Source: Monocercomonoides exilis PA203 (taxonomy: Eukaryota; Protista; Preaxostyla). Taken from it: a stretch of DNA of 64,000 bases. Where the stretch lies: contig LSRY02000040.1 in the NCBI GenBank assembly GCA_001643675.2, positions 1 through 64,000 on the forward strand, written 5' to 3'. Under the pieces are notes generated by a model. The model did not search any database. It saw only the letters and a program-made list of their open reading frames with translations, and had not been told where the DNA came from. A program made the position numbers and the translations under genes. Positions 11,880-21,217 of the stretch are shown here, in pieces. How positions within the stretch are numbered: the stretch's first letter is position 1; every line of letters begins with the position of its first letter.

Positions 11880-14575
11880 CTATGGTATTGGATCTGGTCT
11901 TTTTATCTTTCCTTTTTCGAGTAGCACTTGAAGATGATCGTCAATGTGCTGGCGGTCTCTATATGGAAAGGTTTTCATCATTTCCTTCGTCTTTTTCCCT
12001 TCGTTGAACATTGCAATAAGCTTTGTGTCGTCGTTCTTTGTCCAGCGAATTCTTCGAAGGTTGTTTTTTTCATTTTTCTTTCTGTCTTTCATTAGATGTT
12101 CTCTTTCTTTTTTTCTTTTTTCGTACGGTGTTTCATTTGTCTCATTTTCTGTATTTCTCTTTCTATTATGTATTGGTGCTTTCGATGTCGACTTTTCTGC
12201 CAGTCTGCAGAAATTATTAGCGACTTCGACCGGAGACTTTCCTTGAACATAAAGCTGGTCCTTTATGTACACACGTGCAACTCTTGCTGCAATAGAGTAA
12301 AAGTATGTTTTCTTTTGTCCTTCTTTTTTCTTCTTATTAATACTTTCCATTTTATTCTTTGCAATAATCTTCAAATCTTCATTCTCTTCTATCAATTTCT
12401 TTGATCCGTTATTAACAAATCTTTCCATCAAACATTTTTCAACTTCTTCCTTTCCGAAAAACTTTCTCACTCTTTCCTTCACAATGTCTTTGTATGAATC
12501 ATATGGGCTTTTCTCCTCACTCACAAATGTGAATGAAATTCCATGAAACGTTTCCAACTCAAGCAGCGTTTCGTCAATGATTGGCTCGTTCTCGCCTTCC
12601 TCTTCGTGGCTGACAAGCCTTGAGGCCACCATCGCGCGCTTCACAACATTTTTAATGTAACCAGCCTGAGCCAATTTGAAAGGTGTCCATCCCGCTATTA
12701 ACGCTGTTTTTTCTAATATTTCTTTTTGCTTTTCTTCTTTTGCACCGCATTTTATCAGCGCAGAACAAATAAAGCCGCTGCGGAGAGAATGAAAGCAGAA
12801 GAGGCTCCTCGGATAGCCCGCATTAACCGCTCTTGTTTTGAAGCGTTCGCGCATAGAGTCGGTGCTGATAGGCCAAAGCAGTTCTTCAAGGTTTGCTCCA
12901 TTCTTTTTTTCCATCCATTCTGATAACATAATTCCACATCTTTTCCTAAGATAAGCAGACAGCCAATATACAGGATCGTCTCCGCTTTCTTCCTCCTCCA
13001 GTCCTTCTATAGTTACCTCGTGCCTCCAATTTGCTGAGCCTTTGGTTCGGTTATATCGAAGTGTGCATAAGAATTTCTTTGTTTTTTCTGATTTTATCAC
13101 TCTTGTAATATCAGACAGATGTACATTTGCAAGAGTAATAGCCCTCGCCCCAGTATGTACTGCCACCAAGTATAGGGAAGCCTCCATTTCCTTTGATTCC
13201 AGTGACGAAGGTATAAATTCTACTATTCTTGTCACATCCTTGATTAATGCTGGTTCTTTTATCATAACATTCTTTTCAACGTTTCGTGAAAAGCGAAGAT
13301 ATCGTATAGCAGCTCGCATTGCAAGGTGTGTTTTTCTGTTTAATCTTTTTCCTCTTTTTTCAATATTTATTCTTTTCAGGGAAGGTACAATGATGTATCC
13401 AATCGACGATAAAGGATACATGCATTCTTTTCCACAGAAGAGAACGAAGGCGCGGGCGAGATCCGGAGTGAGCGGCCAGGGCTTTACCTCCACTTCCTCA
13501 GCGTATTTCATGAGCAACCTCTCAACCCATGCGTGCTTACGTGCAGTAGCTTCGGACCACAGTGTTTTAATTTTTAGATACTCTTTCGCTCCTTCTTTGC
13601 CCACTCTTTTCAGTGCAGCGTCCATTTTCGTTGGGAATTCGTGTGATGGAGAGAGCAAGAGAGGTTGGAAGTTGTAAGAGGATGATGATGAGGAGGAGGA
13701 GGAGGAAGAGGAGGAGGAGGAAAAAGAGGAAGAGGCAGAGGAAGAGGCAGATGCGGAGGAAGAAGGAGCTGAAGGGGAAATGGAAGAGGAGGAGTTTGAA
13801 GAAGAGATGGATATAATATTTTGACCAGATGAATGTTCTGTGTTATCAGTTGATGACGGTTGAATTTGACAAATGGTTTCGTTATATTTTTCTAACTTCA
13901 ACCTTTCCGATTTTTCTTTTTCCAAATCAATTTCATCTTCCTCTAAGCCCTTTTCTTCTGAATCACTTGATGATTCAAGGTAATCAACATCTTCTTCAGA
14001 ACTTTCATTTTCTGAATCGCTTTTATCATCATTATTTTCGTTTATTTTTTCTTCTTTTTCATTTTCACATTTCACTTTTTCTTTTTCAACAGATGACGAA
14101 AAACAATCAAGAGTTGGTTGAAGTATTTTTGATGGTTTGTGAGGTGTTAAAATGGCTGAAAAAGTGGTGCTTTCTCGAAGAGGTGTGGAATAGGACAAAG
14201 AAGAGTGGTTTGATTGTGGGGTTTTTTGCTTTGAAGGAGAGAGGAAGTGCTGCATAAGCTTCATCATCTTCTTGCACACTTCTTCTCGGGCAATGTAGGT
14301 TTCGTCAGGAGTTTGAGTTTCGATTTCTTCTTTTTTCTGATAATTAATATTTTGCAGAGAAAGCTATTTTATTAGAATTTTTTGTTCATAAAATTTGTGG
14401 ATAACAAAATTTTCAATTTATTAAAGCTCAATAAAATGCATAATACCTCAGGTGGATAATCATATGGGCTGCTTTGTGTGAGTTTCGGTGAAGTGAAGTC
14501 GGATAAAATATTTGATGAAAAATCTTGGTTTGTCGAAGAAGAAAAAAACTGTTCAGATGAAAAATCTTGTTCCAT
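11880..14575 (-). CDS. Tyrosine recombinase with C-terminal Myb-like domain, copy 2; ~861 aa if spliced, with an in-frame tail past the TAG to 11688
   Basis: Motifs TGARAITL, RTKG, FHSLRSGF, IAGW and GYIKN. Myb-like RIRWTKNDDTKLIAMFNEGK..FPYRDRQHIDDHLQVL. Exon 1 is 14575-14447 and a phase-0 GT..CAG intron spans 14446-14337, at about the same position as in copy 1. PDETYIAREEVCKKM aligns with PNDDFVSKNEVAKKM of copy 1. Confidence 0.9.
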
Positions 14576-14810
14576 CAATGAAATATTTAGTGTTCAGAAA
14601 GATAAATTCGAATAACAATAATGTTGGAATTAATAATGGAATAGTGATCTAAAATTTCGAAAAGATTTGTTTTTTCGATAACAACATTATTTCAAAAATT
14701 TGAAAGACCATAAATCGTCAATATAAAATATCGGAATTTTTGATGAAAATATCAACTTGAAAAGCTGCGAAAAGTGTTCTATCGCGTGATATGATAGTTT
14801 TTGCCAAAAT

Positions 14811-14825
14811 TAACCCTAACCTAAC
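14811..14825 (+). repeat. Short interstitial telomeric motif TAACCCTAACCTAAC
   Basis: On the minus strand it supplies the last codons (TTA GGT TAG) of the 857-aa ORF. Confidence 0.75.
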
Positions 14826-17389
14826 TTTTTGGTCTTTTTTGTTTTCTTTCCAATTACTTTTAATAACTTTTCAGTGCAAGCAAGTTTGGCTTTTCTTGGT
14901 TGTAAAGTTTCTTGAGAATTCACATATTCAAATACATCTTTCTCACCAGTAACTTTCAGATTATCTTTGTTTGATATTTGACAGTTGATTTCTTTCACTT
15001 GACATGTATTCCTCTTCAAAACACTTTTCTTTTTTGGTCTTCCTCTTTGTCTCTTCACTTTCATGACTGTTTCATTTTGTTGCTTACTGTTTGCATCACA
15101 AATTTCACCTGAATTGTTTGACGAATTCAATTCTTCCGGAGATGGAATGAATTCGACAAAACGATTCGATGATAAAGCTTCTTTTGAGAGACCATGCAAA
15201 GAAACGCAAGCAGATGCAGAGGGGAAAGGAGCAGTGGAGTATTGATGACCTTCAACGAATTTGTTTGTGATTTTGAAATGTGGAATTCGTTTTGTCTTTT
15301 GATCTCTTTCACTTTCAGAGTTTTCTCTCTTGTCTTTTGACTTTGAAAGTGTTGCGAGTTGATCCACATATCTGAGATTAGTCCAATCTTCACTATCATC
15401 ATTATCAGTGTGTGTCAAGGTATCATTAAACTCACAAACGTTTGAAGTTGATGTTAATAATTCATTGTTGATTTCAACATGATTTTCTTGAGATGTTGTT
15501 TCATCAGTGTTATCATCGATTGCTGCCAACTGAGATACCAAATCATCAATAGAATCATTATCATCTTCTGAACTCTCACCTTCCATTTCAGACATGAAAG
15601 GATCTGAGTGAATCATTTCGTTTTCAAATGGAAGAGGTGTTGCTGTTGATTGTGTTTGTGAACATGTTTCCGACACAGGAATTGAATTGTCATGGTTGTT
15701 GTTCCCTTCTCTTGCTTTTTCCTCAACTGTTCTTCCTTTTTTGCAGTTGAGATCCAAGTCTTCTTTTCGTGACAAGAACAACGGTCGAGGATAAATGCTT
15801 TTATGAGCATATTGCCTGACACAATCAAGTGATTTTTGGTCAGGGTAACTGTACAATTGTGTTGAGTTGTAATCAAGCTTGGGAAGTGTGTCATCAGAAG
15901 ACATATGAAACAACCATTCAGTTATTGAAGTTATATTTTGAAATGACACTTCTTTTTGTCTTTGTTGCGAACCCAAACTGTTTACCAATGATCTATTTCG
16001 TTCAACAGTAATTAGTGAAGGTGTAGCGATCACGTCATCGTACGAATGGAATTGCACAGTTGTTGAATGACGTAGGGGAGACATTGGTCTTTTCGAATGA
16101 TGATTTGCAATGTTTGAGGTGTCACTGTCCATAAGTCTATTTTGAGTTGATGGAACTAATGGTAAAGACGAAACAGCACGATCTGAACTTGTCAGAGGCG
16201 TCAATGTGTAACAATTGCTGAAGGTGAAAGATTTATTTGCTAAAGTTGGACTTATTGAAGTTTGGTGTTTCATAATGTCAATGTGTGATGTTGAAGACTG
16301 CATATCAGAAAAGTTTGCACTGCTGTGTGGATAGAGAGTAGGAGGAACAGACAATGAGAATGGCTGTGTATGCAACGTTGTATTGCAATTTGCTTCTTTT
16401 CGCACTGGAGATATTGATCTTGAACAGTAGTGAAAAAGATTTTTGCATGTCTTCGACTGTTCATCATGGTTATCATTTTCCGTTAATGGTGGCGGAATAT
16501 CAACTGTTGCATCTGCTGGTGGAGGAAGATATGGATTCGGAGAAATGGGTTCTGGTGATGCACTGCTTGATTCTGGAGTTGATGCAGGAGGTTCCCAATG
16601 AACTGGAGACAATGAAGTTGATGGCTGAGAATACGTTGTGAACAATGAAACTGATCTTGTGTCAGGATATAGAGAGATCGAACTCGATGGAGATTGTGAA
16701 ACATAACACATAGATGGTGTTTGTGATAGTGACTCTGAATATCGACAGTTGAAAGGTGAAATTGATCGTGAGAAATGCTGCATAGAAGAATTTTGACCAA
16801 GCACATTGTCATCATTGGAACTTTGAAATCTGTTCGGATATGGAGAAGCTGAATAATGTCCAGTTGAAGGTGTTTGATATGTGTTCATATCAGAAAACGA
16901 ATCATTCGAGCATAAAGTGGATCTTGTGTGAGGATCAAGTTTATATGTTGATGGCGGATAACTGAATGCAATTTGGTCAGATGAGCGAAATCTTGGTGGT
17001 GAAATAGATCTAAATGGAAGTCGCATTTCTGTCATTTCACTGAAATCATGTTCTGAATCTGATGTTTGAGTACGTGGAGGTAAAACTGATGTGTATATGT
17101 TGTCGCTAATAGTTGGATGTTCATCACTGTTGAACGATTCAACGAAACGTTGATTTGAAGGTGACATTGAACGAGAAGTCAGATGTTCCCTTTGAGACGG
17201 ATAACTTGATGACTGGTACTGGCTGGGAACAGACGGACGATATGACGGTGGTGAAAAGAAACCAGGCTGTGATGGTGAATACACTCCTCCAACTTCTTCT
17301 TCGACTTTGTTTGAACTCTTTTGTCTACCTCTTCGAATTGCATCGTTTCTTCCTAAAGAGAAAATAAAACATATATCAACTTCTAACAA
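14816..17389 (-). CDS. Ser/Pro-rich, largely disordered protein with a C-terminal AT-hook-like motif; true 5' exons uncertain
   Basis: 857-codon open frame with recurrent RSISP/RSMSP motifs, KRQRGRPKKK and a basic C-terminus. A likely acceptor (tctttag) at ~17353 suggests upstream exon(s). Confidence 0.7.
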   Translation of the reverse strand: MLEVDICFIFSLGRNDAIRRGRQKSSNKVEEEVGGVYSPSQPGFFSPPSYRPSVPSQYQSSSYPSQREHLTSRSMSPSNQRFVESFNSDEHPTISDNIYTSVLPPRTQTSDSEHDFSEMTEMRLPFRSISPPRFRSSDQIAFSYPPSTYKLDPHTRSTLCSNDSFSDMNTYQTPSTGHYSASPYPNRFQSSNDDNVLGQNSSMQHFSRSISPFNCRYSESLSQTPSMCYVSQSPSSSISLYPDTRSVSLFTTYSQPSTSLSPVHWEPPASTPESSSASPEPISPNPYLPPPADATVDIPPPLTENDNHDEQSKTCKNLFHYCSRSISPVRKEANCNTTLHTQPFSLSVPPTLYPHSSANFSDMQSSTSHIDIMKHQTSISPTLANKSFTFSNCYTLTPLTSSDRAVSSLPLVPSTQNRLMDSDTSNIANHHSKRPMSPLRHSTTVQFHSYDDVIATPSLITVERNRSLVNSLGSQQRQKEVSFQNITSITEWLFHMSSDDTLPKLDYNSTQLYSYPDQKSLDCVRQYAHKSIYPRPLFLSRKEDLDLNCKKGRTVEEKAREGNNNHDNSIPVSETCSQTQSTATPLPFENEMIHSDPFMSEMEGESSEDDNDSIDDLVSQLAAIDDNTDETTSQENHVEINNELLTSTSNVCEFNDTLTHTDNDDSEDWTNLRYVDQLATLSKSKDKRENSESERDQKTKRIPHFKITNKFVEGHQYSTAPFPSASACVSLHGLSKEALSSNRFVEFIPSPEELNSSNNSGEICDANSKQQNETVMKVKRQRGRPKKKSVLKRNTCQVKEINCQISNKDNLKVTGEKDVFEYVNSQETLQPRKAKLACTEKLLKVIGKKTKKTKKLG

Positions 17390-20214
17390 ACATATTCAGC
17401 GAAAAACACAATTTTGTGACAAAATCCGTAGTTGCTATTTTATTAGTGGAATGGAAATAACAATGACAAAAATGAAAACAACAAAGATCAAACATTCGCC
17501 TTTGCTCACTTTCGTTTGAATTGTACATCTTTTTTTTCAAGTCAATTAAACAATTTTTATCTTATTTATATCTATTTCTTTTAATATGCAAAATGGGAAT
17601 GAAAATCACTTTTTCAGAATGTGGGTCAAAATGGAGTTTATGAACAGTAAAAACAATATTTCAGCTTGAAAGATGGATTCAATAGCTAACAAAGGTATTA
17701 CAGATATAATATTGTAAATTTATTTGTAATAAGTTATAGATATCATTTAAATTGTTTTGCAAATTTTGTTTATAATCCAGAAAGATTAAAAAGGATCGTT
17801 TTTCAGCAAAGAAGGATACATGATTGTCAACGATTGAGGAAGCAGCTTTGAACTCACTGATGAATATGAAAAGAATGTCAGAAACATTGAAAAACAGAAT
17901 TTTGTAGTGTTAATGAAATTGGATCAATGAATAAAGAAAATTGCTCTTGATGAAGAATGATCATTTTTTGGAAAATAATTCATTGAACGAACAAGATAGC
18001 AACAACAATGTTGAGCCAAATTGTTGAATTGATAGTTGCTTACAAAATATTATTATTTGACATTTGGTTTTTAGTACTTTTTAGTCAATTTATTGAGATA
18101 ACTGTGAGACTTTTAATTTTCCATATAATTAATAAATATTTCTCAAATCACCTTCTTTTCTGTTCATATCAATGAAATAAATAAAATATTATGAGTTTTG
18201 AAAGAGTATTCATAGATTTTTTATATAATAATGAAATGAATTTATGAAAAATTAAAAAGCAAAAGTGAAACTGTAGTCTTTCAATTAAAATAAAAATCTT
18301 TAACGGATACATAAAGAATATATATCAAAGTTTCATAATGCATGTTTGTGAAAAACGATTTAAACCTCTGAACAGATATAAAAGCTTAACAAGAAAAAAT
18401 AAAAGTGACATTTTTTGAGATATAAAAAACCAATTTCTTTATTATTCTATGAATTTTTGTATTAAAAGAATCAAAAGATCACATCATACTATGGTCTGAA
18501 TTTAAAAATGTTAATAGAACAAAAAGAAATGCAAAAAATGCGTGATAAGCATTTCATTATCATTAACCCTCTTTCGAAACATAAAACAAAAATTTATCAA
18601 ATAAATTCAGTCCAAAAATAAAATATACAATACAAACTCAATGCATTTTCTCCTTCATAATTGGTTATCATCGAATGCATTTTAAAAATACTTTTTTTTG
18701 GTTATCGGATCATGAGGGATTAAATAAATGAAAAATTTTTGAACGAATTTTTATCTTTACTTATCAATAAAGAAATATTGAATTGATTTTTATATTAACT
18801 TGCAAATTATGAATGTTGAAAGTGTGAACTGTTATTTTCAATTTGTTAACGACATTTTTCCTTTTCCTAGCACGTAGTCTACAAATAAATGAAGATGTTT
18901 TGTTACAGACGAATGCACAAATACATTAATCAATAAAGAAGTCTATGAAAGCAATGATGAAGTGAATCTTACAGCATCAAAGTGAAAAACTGGTTTGACT
19001 TTTTCTTTTTTTGAGTTAACATTTTTCATTGGAAAAAGAGGAAAACAGAGTGAAAGTGCAATATTTTAAAGATAGATAGAAAATTTGATACATCACTTTA
19101 TGCTTTTTGCTTTATAGATCGAAATTAACAAGAAATATCAAATTATTGATTTAATAAGCTTGGAAGCAATTTTTACAAGCCCGTTATTATGAATTGATTT
19201 GTTCCCGATAGAGATACGTTCACTTTATTGATTTATAACTTTTTTAAACATTCTTTTTTGTTATTAATGTTTGTTTCCGTTGAATGATTGAATGGATATT
19301 TTCTTTTTTCAAAAGAAAATTTAACATTCAATCCATGGTCTTTTTTCGAAAATTTGCGACAATAACATCTATTCTTTTTTTTTCTTCATTTCTTGTTAGA
19401 ATTAATAAAAATTCACTTGTTTTTAAAAGAAAATTGTTCTTTTTATATTGTCGATTAATATTTTTGATTAATTGAAATGAAAAAAACCAGATTTTAAAAA
19501 ATTGTGAGTGAAATAGAAAATAATAGCAGTTATAATAAGATATTTCTGTTATTTAAACAGAATTTGTAAAATTTTGCTATTTTAACAACAAAATATCGAA
19601 TTTGTTTGTTCTAAAGTATTCTATTGATGTTTAATATTAGTAAAAAAGTTAGTCATATAAAAATATTCATAAATAAAATTGCAAACCTTGATTTTCATTT
19701 GACCGATTTTTTCAGTCACATTTGACTGGAATGTCAAATTTTGCAAAGTTGTGAAAATTCTTAAAAATAACGATGAAACAGCAAAAGTACGGTGTGATTT
19801 TCAATTATATCTATATTTAACATGTAATTAATACAATTATTATTTTGTTTTATGTATAAATCATAGAAAAAAATAGAAGTCAAACCTGGTTTTTCGACAT
19901 TTGCAATTTTTCCTCTTCGCGCTGCGAACATCCCGTCAAAGCACTTCATTTTAATTATAAATACGGCCTGCATGCTTTTTATTAAGTCAAATCATTTCAT
20001 TCGTGAGATAATTTTGATGACTAAAAAATAAAAATTTTCATTATGGTATTTCTGATTTTTTCGAATTTTTATTTTTTTCATGAATGAATGTTTTAATAGC
20101 AAATATTAATTGAGTTTATTAATTATAAACATGTTAAAAATATTTATTTACCAAATTTGTTGCATTTCATAGAAATTTTTCAAAAATTCATTTTTTCAGG
20201 CAAGTTGATATGGG

Positions 20215-20630
20215 ATGTCAAATAACCTAACCTGGTTGACATTTTTTTCTGAAATATTTTTCCTTGTTTTGCATCCTTTTGCTTTTTTATTTTGTTTTTC
20301 ACTTATAACAGTTTATAATTTGCATTAATATCGAGTTGCCACACAATTTTCCCAAAAAAAGTTTTTTGAGTGGAGAAAAGTGAAAAATTTAATTATGGGT
20401 CTGAGATAGGTTAGGGTTTGTTTTTGTGCAGCCTACGGTTGTCCAAATTTATTTTTGAGATTGCCACATCTCCTCGGGGCGGTGTCTGTTCCTTACCAAA
20501 GCCTGCCTGGTGGAAGAGGTGGCCAAGCACCTTCACCCAGTATTTTCGGTTTCTCCCGCACCCCCTCCCCCGGCGAGAAAAACGCCTTTCAAGATTCAGG
20601 ATGCGTCGTGTTTTCCCCTAACCTAACCTG
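20215..20630. repeat. Cluster of telomere-like motifs, including the inverted pair TAGGTTAGGG (20407-20416) / CCCTAACCTA (20616-20625) around a GC-rich island
   Basis: TAACCTAACCTGG at 20223-20235 is bracketed by ATGTCAA/TTGACAT. The 10-bp perfect inverted pair flanks ~200 bp of GC-rich sequence. Confidence 0.75.
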
Positions 20631-21217
20631 ACGGACTTAAAGAATTAAAATTTGAAGAATTGACGGATTAGCTGAAATAAAATAAAACAAAAACCAATAT
20701 GTATAATAAAAAAAAAGAAAATAAAAAAAAATTGTTGAAACAATTGAAATAATTAGAATTATAATTTGACATTAAAATATTTTAAAATATATTGATTTGA
20801 AACGGATTATGGGAAATTGACCGTTGTGACACAATTGGATTTTTCGGATCAAAAATTGTCACATGGAGTCAACTGCCGTCAGTTCCGTCACAGCAGATTC
20901 TATGTATCTCGAACAAAATGCACTTGAAGAAGGACTCAAAGACAGCTTGTCTGATATTTTTATTGTTTGAGTTTTTGGAATATAATTTTTGTTGTCACAT
21001 TATAAAAATATTTTCAAGGCTAAAGCTTTTGAAGCAAAAATCAAAGAGTTACAAAAAGCGAACTGTCAAATTATTAAACTGGAATTGCTACGTAATTCAA
21101 ATTTTGGTCCTGGTATGTCAGCTCAGTGATAAAAATGTTTTTTCTTATTTTTTATTTCAATTTTTATTTTTATTATATACAAAAGTTTACAAACATCCAA
21201 AGAAATCAGATGAGTTC

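Noticed and set aside
8409-14575. DIRS retrotransposon or bacterial/phage integrase contamination
   Set aside because: No RT/RNase H/gag ORFs nearby. Spliceosomal-type introns, low-complexity N-termini and contiguity with a telomere indicate eukaryotic genes.
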